64,000 nucleotides of DNA from positions 31,957 through 95,956 of the forward strand of contig DCHJ01000038.1 of assembly GCA_002314805.1 (NCBI GenBank). The letters are read 5' to 3'. Below the pieces are notes generated by a model. That model had not been told where the DNA came from. It made no database searches and saw only the letters and a list, made by a program, of their open reading frames with translations. Source of the DNA: Lachnospiraceae bacterium UBA1755. Lineage in GTDB: Bacteria; Bacillota; Clostridia; Lachnospirales; Lachnospiraceae. Position numbers and translations under genes: made by a program. Within the stretch, counting starts at the first letter, position 1, and each line of letters starts with the position of its first letter. Shown here piece by piece: positions 43,950 to 54,402 of the stretch.

Positions 43950-46597
43950 AATTTAATTCTGTTATTCACCTTATTCTGTAATCTGAAAAGCTCATTGAGT
44001 GCATCGATAGGCGTCATCAGCTGCAGATCCATTTCGGATATCTCCGTGATGATATCATCATCCCTCGAGGTCTCAAACAGCGAAAGCTGACCGGCATCCA
44101 CCTCATCCTGACGCTTTATAGGTTTACGAGATTTCCCGGGCATACCGAGCTCCGCGATTTCCTTTGCTCTGTACGCAATATCGGAATTGGATAATTCTTC
44201 AACCAGCTCACCGGCCCTTTTTAATACCGAATCCGGCAGACCTGCAAGTCTCGCCACCTGTATACCATAGGACTTATCTGCGCCGCCCTTGACTATCCTG
44301 CGCAGGAAAGCAATACTCTCCCCCTGTTCCCTGACAGCGATACAATAATTCTGTACCCCGTCCAGCGTGCCTTCAAGCTCGGTGAGCTCATGATAATGTG
44401 TGGCAAAAAGTGTCCTGGCTCCGAGTATCTTCTTATCGCATATGTATTCCACCACAGCCCACGCAATGGAAAGCCCGTCAAAGGTGGATGTGCCTCTTCC
44501 TATCTCATCCATGATGACAAGACTCTTCTTTGTTGCATTCCTGAGTATATTTGCCACCTCAGTCATCTCGACCATGAACGTGGACTGACCTGCTGCCAGG
44601 TCATCCGAAGCACCGACCCTGGTGAATATCCTGTCACAGATCGAGATATCTGCCGATCCTGCAGGCACGAAGGAGCCGATCTGAGCCATCAGCACGATCA
44701 AAGCAACCTGACGCATATATGTGGATTTTCCTGCCATATTGGGACCGGTGATGATCGCAAAACGATTATTGCAGTTGTCAAGAAGAGTATCATTGGCAAT
44801 GAACTGTCCGTCCCTGAGCATCCTCTCGACAACAGGATGTCTGCCGTCCTTTATCTCGATCAGTCCCTTATCATTGAGCCCGGGTCTCACATAATTATTG
44901 GCATATGCAGCCTGTGCAAGTGAAGCAAGGACATCTGCCTGAGCCAGAGCATGCGCAGTACGCTGTATCCTGATGACCTCGGCAGAAATAATGCTGCGCA
45001 CCTGATCAAACAGCTCGTACTCCAGCGAATACAGTCTGTCCTCCGAACCGAGTATCACCTCCTCCAGCTCCTTAAGCTCCGGAGTAGTATATCTCTCACA
45101 GTTGGTAAGAGTCTGCTTTCTGATATAATCCGGCGGTGCCATATCACGGAAGGCATTTGTGATCTCAATGCAGTACCCGAAGACCTTGTTGTACCTGATC
45201 CTCAGGGTCTTGATCCCTGTCCTGTCTTTTTCTCTGCTTTCAAGTCCGGCGATCCATGTCTTGCCCTCTGTCTTGGCATTTCTCAGCTTATCCACCTCGG
45301 CATTATAGCCGTCTTTGATAAGATTGCCTTCTCTTACCTGCACCGGAGGATCATCATTGACAGCTTTTTCAAGGAGTTCATATATATCGGTCAGAGGATC
45401 GATCTCATCATGGATCGCAGCTATCAGTTCAGAGTCAAACAGACTCAGTACATTTCTTATGGGTTCCAGCATCCTGACAGAGTTTTTGAGTGCGATAAGA
45501 TCCCTGGGACCTGCCAGTCCGCTGCTTATCCTGCCCATCAGTCTTTCAAGATCGTATACCGGTCTTATATATTCCCTGAGTTCTTCCCTGTTGATATAAT
45601 CGTTGAGCAGTGCCTCTACGGCATCCTGTCTGCGTGTGATCCCATCAATACTTATCAGGGGCTGCTCAATATATGACCTTAAAAGCCTTGCGCCCATCGC
45701 AGTGCCTGTCTTATCCAGTACCCAGAGGAGCGTTCCCCTTCTTTCCTTGTTCCTCATGGTCTCGGTAAGCTCCAGATTACGCCTCGTTGAAGCATCTATT
45801 ATCATGTACTGACCTGACTGATATACCGTAAGTCCCGTGATATTGCTGCAGCTGTGCTTCTGAGTATCATAAAGATACTGCATAGCTGCACCGGCTGCCG
45901 AAGTGCCGGAATCATAATCATTAAGTCCCAGACTTTCGATACTGTGCACCTTGAAATGCTCAGTGAGGATACGCCGGCAATTATCATCAGCATAATAATT
46001 ATCGTCCAGCTCGTTGACAACTATCGCACAATTGTCCCTCATATCATTGAGATCGGCACCTGACATCTGAAATGCTTTGTTGCACAGTATCTCGATCGGT
46101 CTGAATTTCTGGAGCTCATCGTAGAGATTGCGTACTTCACCGACTTCAGTCACCCTGAAATCCCCGGTACTGAGATCAGTCATGCATATCCCGAATTTAC
46201 CACCGGTATATGCCAGCGAACACAGATAATTATTCTTTGACTCATCCAGATCACCCGAGCCTGTCATTGTGCCCGGTGTGACCACACGGATGACTTCTCT
46301 TTTCACAATACCCTTTGCCAGCTTTGGGTCTTCCATCTGCTCTGCAATGGCAACCTTATATCCCCTGGAAACGAGCTTGTAAAGATATGCATCCACTGCA
46401 TGATAAGGCACGCCGCACATCGGTGCCCTCTCTTCAAGCCCGCAGTCCTTGCCGGTAAGTGTCAGCTCCAGTTCTCTGGAAGCCGTCTCGGCATCTCCAA
46501 AGAACATCTCGTAAAAATCTCCCAGTCTATAGAAAAGGATACAATCCGGGTATTCCTTCTTCGTGTCCATATACTGCTGCATCATCGGTGATAACAT
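43946..46597 (-). CDS. mutS: DNA mismatch repair protein MutS
   Basis: SPMMQQYMDTKKEYPDCILFYRLGDFYEMF, ITGPNMAGKSTYMRQ, MDEIGRGTSTFDG. Confidence 0.95.
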   Translation of the reverse strand: MLSPMMQQYMDTKKEYPDCILFYRLGDFYEMFFGDAETASRELELTLTGKDCGLEERAPMCGVPYHAVDAYLYKLVSRGYKVAIAEQMEDPKLAKGIVKREVIRVVTPGTMTGSGDLDESKNNYLCSLAYTGGKFGICMTDLSTGDFRVTEVGEVRNLYDELQKFRPIEILCNKAFQMSGADLNDMRDNCAIVVNELDDNYYADDNCRRILTEHFKVHSIESLGLNDYDSGTSAAGAAMQYLYDTQKHSCSNITGLTVYQSGQYMIIDASTRRNLELTETMRNKERRGTLLWVLDKTGTAMGARLLRSYIEQPLISIDGITRRQDAVEALLNDYINREELREYIRPVYDLERLMGRISSGLAGPRDLIALKNSVRMLEPIRNVLSLFDSELIAAIHDEIDPLTDIYELLEKAVNDDPPVQVREGNLIKDGYNAEVDKLRNAKTEGKTWIAGLESREKDRTGIKTLRIRYNKVFGYCIEITNAFRDMAPPDYIRKQTLTNCERYTTPELKELEEVILGSEDRLYSLEYELFDQVRSIISAEVIRIQRTAHALAQADVLASLAQAAYANNYVRPGLNDKGLIEIKDGRHPVVERMLRDGQFIANDTLLDNCNNRFAIITGPNMAGKSTYMRQVALIVLMAQIGSFVPAGSADISICDRIFTRVGASDDLAAGQSTFMVEMTEVANILRNATKKSLVIMDEIGRGTSTFDGLSIAWAVVEYICDKKILGARTLFATHYHELTELEGTLDGVQNYCIAVREQGESIAFLRRIVKGGADKSYGIQVARLAGLPDSVLKRAGELVEELSNSDIAYRAKEIAELGMPGKSRKPIKRQDEVDAGQLSLFETSRDDDIITEISEMDLQLMTPIDALNELFRLQNKVNNRIKL

Positions 46598-47937
46598 CAG
46601 ATCATCTCTCCTATATAATAAAAACCTTTTGCCTCATTAAGCCTGACATTGACTACCCTGCCGATCAGCTCCTCAGTACCCGGGATGTGAACCACCATGT
46701 TGTTGGAGAGCCTTCCGGTCACATATCCGCTGAGATGGTCATCCTTCTCTTCAATAAGAGCAGTCATCTCCCTGCCAACATGAAGGGCAGTCTTTTCAGC
46801 TGCTATCTCCTGTACTCTTGCGAGCAGCCTGTCAAATCTGACCTTGATCAGTTCCGGAGCCACCTGATCAGGCATCGAGGCCGCAGGTGTACCTGTACGT
46901 TTTGAATATATGAATGTAAATGCCGACTCAAAACCAGCCCTGTTGACTACATCCATAGTGTCTTCGAAATCCGCATCTGTCTCTCCGGGAAAACCAACGA
47001 TAATATCCGTTGTGATGCTGATATCAGGTATACGGGTCCTTATCTTATCTACAAGTGCAAGGTAGCTTTCCTTGGTATAATGCCTGTTCATTCTTTCAAG
47101 AAGTCTGGTACTTCCTGACTGGAGCGGCAGATGCAGATGTCTGCATACCTTTGGTTCCTGCGCAATGACATCGATGAGTTCGTCTGACAGATCCTTGGGA
47201 TGAGATGTCATAAAACGTACACGCTGTATGCCATCCACACTGCACACCTCTCTCAGGAGCTGTGCAAAATTGATGGTGCTCCCGTCGGTAATGGCATCAT
47301 CCTTCATCACACGCTTGCCGTAGGAATTAACATTCTGCCCCAGCAGCATAACCTCCACGACTCCGTCTGCCGCCAGACGCTTCACCTCCGCAATAATGTC
47401 TTCAGGCATACGTGACCTCTCCCGGCCTCTCACATAAGGTACGATACAATATGTACAGAAATTGTCACATCCGTACATGATATTCACACCCGATTTATAG
47501 CTGTACACCCGCTTGACCGGAAGACTGTCAGCTGTATCATTGATCACCTCTTCCGTATCAAAGACTCTTTTGCCCGAATCCAGTACTTCACGGATCAGCA
47601 CAGGAAATTTCCAAATGCTGTGAGTACCGAAGACAAGGTCTACAAAAGGATAGGATCTCCTTATCTTCTCCACCTCATCCTGTTCCTGCATCATGCATCC
47701 GCAGATGCCGATGATCATCCCGGGATGGTTCTTCTTCATATTCTTAAGCTGACCGAGATGACCGTATACCCGTTCGTTGGCATTCTCTCTTACAGTACAT
47801 GTATTAAGCAGCACTAAATCAGCATCCTCGGAATCGGTTTCTACATAACCCATCTGCTCCAATACGCCGCTGAGCTTCTCGGAATCTCTGGCGTTCATCT
47901 GACATCCGAAGGTGGAAATATGATATGTCTTACTCAT
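46597..47937 (-). CDS. miaB: tRNA-i6A37 methylthiotransferase
   Basis: TFGCQMN, radical-SAM CDNFCTYC, C-terminal TRAM domain. Confidence 0.9.
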   Translation of the reverse strand: MSKTYHISTFGCQMNARDSEKLSGVLEQMGYVETDSEDADLVLLNTCTVRENANERVYGHLGQLKNMKKNHPGMIIGICGCMMQEQDEVEKIRRSYPFVDLVFGTHSIWKFPVLIREVLDSGKRVFDTEEVINDTADSLPVKRVYSYKSGVNIMYGCDNFCTYCIVPYVRGRERSRMPEDIIAEVKRLAADGVVEVMLLGQNVNSYGKRVMKDDAITDGSTINFAQLLREVCSVDGIQRVRFMTSHPKDLSDELIDVIAQEPKVCRHLHLPLQSGSTRLLERMNRHYTKESYLALVDKIRTRIPDISITTDIIVGFPGETDADFEDTMDVVNRAGFESAFTFIYSKRTGTPAASMPDQVAPELIKVRFDRLLARVQEIAAEKTALHVGREMTALIEEKDDHLSGYVTGRLSNNMVVHIPGTEELIGRVVNVRLNEAKGFYYIGEMI

Positions 47938-48030
47938 ATTACTATATAACCTCTCAAATCAAATTCTGTTATCTGAAATCATACCTGTGATATGACAGGG
48001 AATGCTGATGATAATTCAGTATGCTGTAAT

Positions 48031-49770
48031 TCACAATGCAGAATATTTCTCAATTATCTTCTCTGCGATCCTGAGACCATCCATGGCGGCACTTGTGATA
48101 CCTCCGGCGTAGCCTGCTCCCTCGCCGCAGGGGTATAGCCCATCAATATTAGATACCAGTCCGGTATCCCTCAGGATCCTTACCGGAGACGATGTCCTGC
48201 TCTCCACTCCCGCAAGGATGGCATCAGGTCTCGAGAACCCCTTTATCCGTCTTTCAAATTCCGGCATTGCCTCCGTGAGGGACTCATGGATATATTCGGG
48301 AAGGCATTGGTCCAGTCTGGCAAAATGTATCCCGCCCTTAAACACCGGAGCTACATCACCGAAACCATACGACTCCCTGCGTGACATATAATCACCCAGC
48401 AGCTGTACCGGGATCTTACCGCTTCCGAAATCAAATGCGGCCTTTTCCAGTCTTCGCTGGAACTCTATTCCTGCAAGCGCACCGTTTCCTCCAAAATCCT
48501 CAGGATTCACACCCACAATTATTGCTGAATTAGCATTCCCGGAGTCTCTGCCGTGGCAGCTCATTCCGTTGACACACTTCATGCCTTTCTCACTGGAGGC
48601 ATCAACCACATAGCCGCCCGGACACATACAGAAGCTGTATACCCCTCTGCCTGATGAAACTGTCTCAGTAAGCTTGTAACTTGCCGGCCCCAGGAAGGAC
48701 GCCTCTGATCCGAACTGAGAGATATCTATCATAGACTGTGGATGCTGTATCCTTAAGCCTACGGCAAATGCCTTCGCCTGCATTGATACGTCTCTTTCAT
48801 CAAGCCTGTAAAATGTATCTCTTGCAGAATGACCTATTGCCAATACTGCCGCGTCTGTTTCCAGTGTTTCTGCTGCCGTCCTTCCGGCAGATGTCATTTC
48901 GACAGGTCTGTTATCTGTATTCCCTGAGTGACCGGCTGTCTCTCCGGTTCCCGGGCCGTTCTCTTCAATTGATACCGCAAGCCAGACGTCACCGTCATGA
49001 TATACTGATGTATCTGCTGTTACGACACTGCGCAGTCTCCCGCCTTCAATATTGAAATCCATGACCTGCGTATTAAATCTCACTTCCCCGCCCAGACGGA
49101 TTATCTCTTTGCGGATATTTGTGACGATCCCGATAAGCTTGTCCGTGCCGATATGGGGATTGTGCACATAGAGGATGTCACTGTCTGCTCCGAACTCCGC
49201 AAGTGTACGGAGTACCTCCGTATTCCTCCCGCAGCTATCCTTGACCAATGTATTAAGCTTTCCGTCACTGAAGGTTCCGGCTCCGCCTTCGCCAAAGGAT
49301 ACATTTGATGCAATGTCCAGCTCACCTCCGGCCCAGAAGGATTCGACGGTTTTCTTTCTTTCTTCTGCACACTGACCTCTTTCAAGGATGATCGGTCTAA
49401 GGCCAGCCCTTGCCATAGCCAGTCCGGCAAACATGCCTGCCGGTCCGAAGCCGATGATTACCGGACGGTGCTTCAGCTTTGCCTTTCCGTTTTCGGGAAG
49501 CCTGTATGATACTGAATCATCCCTGCATATATCATTGCTGCGGCCTCTGCGTGCCTTGTCGAGGACACGTCTCTCGGTCTCTTCCGCAAGATGTACCTGA
49601 ATGGTATATGAATACAGTATATCTGTCTTGTCTCTGGCATCGAGAGAACGCTTCACTATGAAATACTCCCCGAGTTCATACGGTCTGATCCCAAGCTTTT
49701 TTATCAGCTTTTCTTCAAGCTCCTTGTCTGTATGTCTGATATTAAGTTTTATCTGCGTGACCCTGATCAT
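48031..49770 (-). CDS. FAD-dependent protein (COG2509-type oxidoreductase-like)
   Basis: Dinucleotide fold VIIGFGPAGMFAGLAMARAG. C-terminal ..YPCGEGAGYAGGI. 579 aa. Confidence 0.7.
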   Translation of the reverse strand: MIRVTQIKLNIRHTDKELEEKLIKKLGIRPYELGEYFIVKRSLDARDKTDILYSYTIQVHLAEETERRVLDKARRGRSNDICRDDSVSYRLPENGKAKLKHRPVIIGFGPAGMFAGLAMARAGLRPIILERGQCAEERKKTVESFWAGGELDIASNVSFGEGGAGTFSDGKLNTLVKDSCGRNTEVLRTLAEFGADSDILYVHNPHIGTDKLIGIVTNIRKEIIRLGGEVRFNTQVMDFNIEGGRLRSVVTADTSVYHDGDVWLAVSIEENGPGTGETAGHSGNTDNRPVEMTSAGRTAAETLETDAAVLAIGHSARDTFYRLDERDVSMQAKAFAVGLRIQHPQSMIDISQFGSEASFLGPASYKLTETVSSGRGVYSFCMCPGGYVVDASSEKGMKCVNGMSCHGRDSGNANSAIIVGVNPEDFGGNGALAGIEFQRRLEKAAFDFGSGKIPVQLLGDYMSRRESYGFGDVAPVFKGGIHFARLDQCLPEYIHESLTEAMPEFERRIKGFSRPDAILAGVESRTSSPVRILRDTGLVSNIDGLYPCGEGAGYAGGITSAAMDGLRIAEKIIEKYSAL

Positions 49771-49888
49771 TAAGCGATATTATTATGCTGTCCTTTGGCA
49801 GTATTCTATATCCGTGTTCTGTATCTATAGCTCCTTCTGTCAGCAGCCGAACTATTAACTCAGTCATAATTATCCGGCCTGTCCTGCA

Positions 49889-50932
49889 TCATTTCGCACA
49901 CAGGCATGCGGAAAGCCAGGCCCAGTGGAGATTGTAACCGCCGCATATTCCGTCAACGTCACACATCTCGCCTATCACATAGACTCCGGGTACCTTCCTG
50001 ACTTCAAAATCATCTGAAAGATCATCAAGGCTCACTCCTCCGGTACATATCTGGGACCGGTCAAAGGACGCAGTCTTCCGGACAATAAAGGTCTTTATCC
50101 TGTCACCGACAATGGGCTTGTACACATTGCTGCCGGACCTGTTTCTGACTATTTCAGGTATCATATCCTCCTTCGGATCAAAATTGACCGTGACAGATAC
50201 TTTCTGACCGCCATCCAGCAGGATCGATGCATATCTGCTGATATTGAAAACCGGTATTCCGGAGAGACCGTAATCGGTTATCTGAAGCTCCCCTGCTGCC
50301 GTTTGCCCGTCTATGCTTACTGCCCCGATGGCACGTTTACCCCTATTGTCCCTGAAGAATCCGTCATCTTCACAATACAGTGCACATAAAGCAGGAAGGA
50401 TCCTGGTATAGGATATCCCGAGTCTTTCGAGATATTTATAGCCGGTGCCGTTGGAACCTGTCTCCTTATGTGCCCTCGAACCGCAGGCCAGTATCACCCG
50501 GTCACTGTCCTGCCGGATGGAATCAATGTCTATATCGGTCACCCCGTAACGGATCACTGCTCCCAGTGACTCACATTCCTTTACGAGTGCTTCTGTCACA
50601 TCGCCGGCCTTCAGAGTTTCCGGATAATAGTAACCGTCTTTGCTGCATATCCCTATGCCGAGTGATTTAATAAAGTCTATCGCATCTTCGGTCGTGAATC
50701 TCCCCAGAAGCTCATTCAGCCTTGAAGTACGTGATTCATGAAAGCATGACGGCGTCATGTATGCATTGGTAAAATTGCATTTTCCGTTGCCTGTAATAGA
50801 AAGCTTGATACCCGCCCTGTCCCTGTGTTCAAGCACAGTGACGCTCCTGCCCATCCGTGCCTGGATGACAGCAGCCGCAAGTCCTGATGCTCCTGCTCCG
50901 ATTATCACTGTTTTTTCTGCGGACATGCTCAT
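49889..50932 (-). CDS. HI0933/BaiN-like (aminoacetone oxidase family) flavoprotein
   Basis: VIIGAGASGLAAAV, ..GNGKCNFTN.., ..GGYNLHWAW. The start at 50932 forms an ATGA overlap with the upstream stop. Confidence 0.75.
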   Translation of the reverse strand: MSMSAEKTVIIGAGASGLAAAVIQARMGRSVTVLEHRDRAGIKLSITGNGKCNFTNAYMTPSCFHESRTSRLNELLGRFTTEDAIDFIKSLGIGICSKDGYYYPETLKAGDVTEALVKECESLGAVIRYGVTDIDIDSIRQDSDRVILACGSRAHKETGSNGTGYKYLERLGISYTRILPALCALYCEDDGFFRDNRGKRAIGAVSIDGQTAAGELQITDYGLSGIPVFNISRYASILLDGGQKVSVTVNFDPKEDMIPEIVRNRSGSNVYKPIVGDRIKTFIVRKTASFDRSQICTGGVSLDDLSDDFEVRKVPGVYVIGEMCDVDGICGGYNLHWAWLSACLCAK

Positions 50933-52566
50933 CTGATATATTTCCCGATCACCGGGAAATGCTTTAGGTCCTTCTTTGTGATACAGCCTGTGATGAATAT
51001 CATTATCACATATACAGCGATGGCAACAGCAAGACATGCAATTACAATGACAAGATTGCTCCCGGTAATGAACCGCCTGATAAGGAATCTCACAGCCAGG
51101 GTGACTGCTCCCATCACAAGTGCACTGACAAGCGGAAGCAGGAAGGTCTGTCTGTATTCCTGTCTGAAGCCCAGCTCCCTGCGCATTGAATATGCATTAA
51201 GGATGCACATACATACAGCAAAAATCAGATTGGCAATGACCAGACTGTATACTCCCAGTCTGAAGACATAAAGCATCACAAAGAGTGAAACAAGATGAAC
51301 TGCAAGTGAGATCACCGAATGCACCACCGGCTTATTCATATGATTGGTGCCGTGCAGTACAGCATTGGTTATTGTCGATACTGATGTAAACAGGATCGCA
51401 AAGGAGCCAATTATCGTCATATTGGATGCTATCTCCGAAGGGCCTAAAAGCAGACTTATGATTGGGCCTCCCAGCACTGTGAGTCCTACGGCTGCCGGCA
51501 TTGCAATAAGCGAAATATACTGCTGCGCCCTTCCGATACCGCTGTTCATGGCTTCATGGTCCTTCTTTGTATATGCCTCAGCCAGGGTGGGTACAAGTGA
51601 TAAAGCAATTGCATTGCTGATGGCGATCGGAACATTGATAAGTATCTTGAACCTTCCTGTAAACGCACCGTATTCAGCGGCAACCTCTGAAGCCTTATAT
51701 CCGTAGGATGATATCATGGCTTCAGAGAAAAATTTGGAATCGAGGATCGTATTGATATTGTATACTATCTGCGATAGTACAATGGGTAGGATGGTGAGCA
51801 GAATAAGCCTCGCTGTCTCACCGGACGTATATGCTGCCACACCTGAGATATCCACACCCGCAATTCTTGCTTTCCATGCGGATCTGCGGCTTAAATAGAC
51901 AATAAGTATCATGATAAGTGCCGTAAGTGCACCGGCACCGGTTCCTATCGTACCGCCCATTGCGCCTCTTGCCGCAGCCATGGTATCTCCACCGGCAGCC
52001 TCAAGTGCTGCATTATAGAAGAACCACGCGGCACCTACCGATACAGCGGCGTTGACGATCTGCTCGAGTATCTGGGATATCGCAGTCGGTACCATCGTCT
52101 TCTGTCCCTGAAAATACCCGCGGAGCACTCCCAGATAAGACATGATCCATATGGTCGGCGCCAGTGCAAGGAGTGCATATCTGCATCCGGGCAGCATGTA
52201 AAAGACATCGGCAAACCAGCCTGCCGTAAGCGCCATAAACAGGCAGCCCAGCGCACCGATGATCGTTGCGTAGACCAGTGACGTTCTGAATATCCGGTCT
52301 GCGTTCTTATAATCCTCCTCCGCTATCCGTCCTGAAATGAGCTTGCTTATTGCAGTCGGGAATGCATAGGAAGAAAGGATAAGGACAATATTGTAGATCT
52401 CAAAGGCAACCGAATAGTACCCGTTACCCTCATCACCTACGATGCGTACAAACGGGATCCTGTATATGAGACCGATGATCCTGACAAGTATGCCTGCTAC
52501 TGCAAGTATGCTCCCCTGGACCAGAAAATTATTCTGTCTTGTATCTTTCTTATTTGCGGGTGCCAT
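50929..52566 (-). CDS. MOP-superfamily flippase (MurJ/SpoVB-like polysaccharide or lipid II flippase)
   Basis: 545 aa, about 14 TM segments, N-terminal ..GSILAVAGILVRIIGLIYRIPF..GNGYYS. Confidence 0.7.
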   Translation of the reverse strand: MAPANKKDTRQNNFLVQGSILAVAGILVRIIGLIYRIPFVRIVGDEGNGYYSVAFEIYNIVLILSSYAFPTAISKLISGRIAEEDYKNADRIFRTSLVYATIIGALGCLFMALTAGWFADVFYMLPGCRYALLALAPTIWIMSYLGVLRGYFQGQKTMVPTAISQILEQIVNAAVSVGAAWFFYNAALEAAGGDTMAAARGAMGGTIGTGAGALTALIMILIVYLSRRSAWKARIAGVDISGVAAYTSGETARLILLTILPIVLSQIVYNINTILDSKFFSEAMISSYGYKASEVAAEYGAFTGRFKILINVPIAISNAIALSLVPTLAEAYTKKDHEAMNSGIGRAQQYISLIAMPAAVGLTVLGGPIISLLLGPSEIASNMTIIGSFAILFTSVSTITNAVLHGTNHMNKPVVHSVISLAVHLVSLFVMLYVFRLGVYSLVIANLIFAVCMCILNAYSMRRELGFRQEYRQTFLLPLVSALVMGAVTLAVRFLIRRFITGSNLVIVIACLAVAIAVYVIMIFITGCITKKDLKHFPVIGKYIR

Positions 52567-53012
52567 TATCTGATATAACCGATCTTTTCCAGTATTTTTT
52601 TCTGCAATGCTTCCATCTCTTCACGTTCCTTATCCTCGATATGATCATATCCGAGAAGATGAAGCATGCTGTGGCATGTGAGAAAGGCAAGCTCGCGCTT
52701 TCTCGTATGTCCGTATTCCTGTGCCTGCGAGATGATCTTTTCTGCGCAGAGGACGATATCTCCGAGGACTATCTCTCCTGTATCGGGATTCTTATCACCG
52801 ATAGGGAATGAAAGCACGTCCGTGACCTTGTCAATATCTCTGAATTCCTTATTGAGTGCTCTGATCTCCTCACCGTCAACGACAGTTACCGATACCTCCG
52901 CTTCTTTTTTGAACTTCATATACTCAAGTGTGCCTGTGACTGCATCTCCGATGATCATCATCCACGGAATATGGAGTCTGGTCTGTGCCTCGTAGTTATA
53001 ATAAACTGTCAT
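52566..53012 (-). CDS. ybeY: rRNA maturation endoribonuclease YbeY
   Basis: HSMLHLLGYDH zinc motif, 148 aa, downstream of phoH. Confidence 0.9.
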   Translation of the reverse strand: MTVYYNYEAQTRLHIPWMMIIGDAVTGTLEYMKFKKEAEVSVTVVDGEEIRALNKEFRDIDKVTDVLSFPIGDKNPDTGEIVLGDIVLCAEKIISQAQEYGHTRKRELAFLTCHSMLHLLGYDHIEDKEREEMEALQKKILEKIGYIR

Positions 53013-54001
53013 CTGTTACCCTTTCCCCGGTTCCGGGCTTTCTGAGAATTCTGTGCCTTCTCATATTTTTCATAAGCATCAACTATCTTCTGCACCAGCG
53101 GATGTCGTACCACATCCTTGCTGGTAAGCTCACATATTCCTATCTCATCAATACTTTTAAGTACCTTTTCTGCCGTATCAAGCCCTGAAGCCTGATCATG
53201 GGGCAGATCCTTCTGAGTCCTGTCACCGGTGATGACTGCCTTGGAGCCAAAGCCTATTCTGGTAAGGAACATCTTCATCTGAGCGGGTGTTGTGTTCTGC
53301 GCTTCATCAAGGATGATATATGCATTATCCAGTGTGCGTCCTCTCATATATGCAAGCGGCGCCACCTCGATAAGCCCCTTTTCGGCATTGTGCAGGTAGC
53401 TCTCTGCTCCCATTATCTGATACAGCGCATCATACAGCGGTCTGAGATACGGATCTATCTTGCTCTGCAGATCACCGGGCAGGAAACCCAGCTTCTCGCC
53501 GGCCTCTATTGCCGGTCTGGTGAGTATGATACGCTGCACTTCCCCGTCCTTAAATGCCTGGATCGCCATTGCCATTGCAAGATAAGTCTTGCCCGTACCT
53601 GCCGGTCCTATGCCGAAGGTGATCATGTTCTTCCTGATGGAATCGACATATTTCTTCTGACCTATGGTTTTGGGCTTTACAGGTTTGCCAAGGACCGTAC
53701 GGCATATGATGTCCTTATCTATCTCCAGTATCTCCTGCTCCTTATCCTCTGCGGATAATGAGATTGCGTAATCCACATTCTGCTCCATAATGCTGTTTCC
53801 TCTTTTTGCAAGTTCAACAAGGCTGTTGAATACGGATGCTGCACGCCGGCAGTCCGCATCCTCACCGATGATCTTAAAATCACCGTTTCTTTCCAGTATC
53901 GATACACCAAAAGCACGCTCTATCTTTTTAAGATAGGCGTCCAGTTCTCCGCATACGTTCTTTTCGTATTCAATTGGCACTTCTAACAATAATTCGGCCA
54001 T
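53009..54001 (-). CDS. phoH: PhoH-family ATPase
   Basis: GPAGTGKTYLAMA Walker A, ILDEAQN Walker B, ..GDRTQKDLP... Start at MAELLLEV. Confidence 0.9.
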   Translation of the reverse strand: MAELLLEVPIEYEKNVCGELDAYLKKIERAFGVSILERNGDFKIIGEDADCRRAASVFNSLVELAKRGNSIMEQNVDYAISLSAEDKEQEILEIDKDIICRTVLGKPVKPKTIGQKKYVDSIRKNMITFGIGPAGTGKTYLAMAMAIQAFKDGEVQRIILTRPAIEAGEKLGFLPGDLQSKIDPYLRPLYDALYQIMGAESYLHNAEKGLIEVAPLAYMRGRTLDNAYIILDEAQNTTPAQMKMFLTRIGFGSKAVITGDRTQKDLPHDQASGLDTAEKVLKSIDEIGICELTSKDVVRHPLVQKIVDAYEKYEKAQNSQKARNRGKGNR

Positions 54002-54086
54002 AACAATACGCAATACATTATACAACAAAAACGGCGAGGCATAAAGCCTCACCATTTTTAGATTGCAAATATTTGATCACTGATAA

Positions 54087-54260
54087 TCAATACTTACGCT
54101 TTCTGGCAGCCTCAGATTTCTTCTTACGCTTAACTGACGGCTTCTCATATGCTTCACGCTTGCGGATCTCCTGCTGGATACCTGCCTTGGCGCAATTTCT
54201 CTTAAATCTTCTCAGTGCGCTGTCAAGACTCTCGCCCTCTTTAACGATAACTGTAGACAC
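54087..54260 (-). CDS. rpsU: 30S ribosomal protein S21 (57 aa, GTG start; below the ORF-track cutoff)
   Basis: My own translation of the minus strand: [57 protein letters not shown]. It closely matches B. subtilis S21 (..[31 protein letters not shown]). RBS is GGGAGGTG. Confidence 0.9.
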   Translation of the reverse strand: MSTVIVKEGESLDSALRRFKRNCAKAGIQQEIRKREAYEKPSVKRKKKSEAARKRKY

Positions 54261-54304
54261 TCAGCACACCTCCCTTCGGTTCATATATTTTTGCGAACTC
54301 AATA

Positions 54305-54332
54305 ATTATATCATATCTGTCGGTTTCGTCAA
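54305..54332 (-). promoter_or_regulatory. rpsU promoter
   Basis: On the minus strand: TTGACG (54332-54327), 16-nt spacer, TGaTATAAT extended -10 (-10 hexamer at 54310-54305). Confidence 0.5.
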
Positions 54333-54343
54333 CAACTTTGTTT

Positions 54344-54395
54344 TGTCATGCGCATCTTCTTTATTCTGTCATCCGCACTCTCTTTATTCTGTCAT
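54344..54395. repeat. 2.3 copies of a 23-nt direct repeat upstream of the rpsU promoter
   Basis: tgtcatGcgcatcttctttattc / tgtcatCcgcactctctttattc / tgtcat. TGTCAT occurs at 54344, 54367 and 54390. Confidence 0.65.
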
Positions 54396-54402
54396 AAGTA
54401 AA

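Noticed and set aside
44951-45676. Long antisense ORFs inside well-supported genes: 241 aa and 177 aa opposite mutS; 174 aa at 4018-4542 opposite the giant gene; 186 aa opposite phoH; 198 aa opposite the ABC ATPase; 203 aa at 54073-54684 opposite rpsU and the peptidase
   Set aside because: Their composition is low-complexity and Ser/Leu/Ile/Cys-rich. They have no RBS and each lies fully inside a gene with strong family motifs on the other strand. This is typical frame-shadow ORFs.
49742-49867. 41-codon minus-strand ORF (MTELIVRLLTEGAIDTEHGYRILPKD..) between the two flavoprotein genes, overlapping the start of the 579-aa gene by 29 nt
   Set aside because: It has a weak RBS (ggataa) and no recognisable family. 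The overlap is out of frame. It would need Ribo-seq or conservation evidence.
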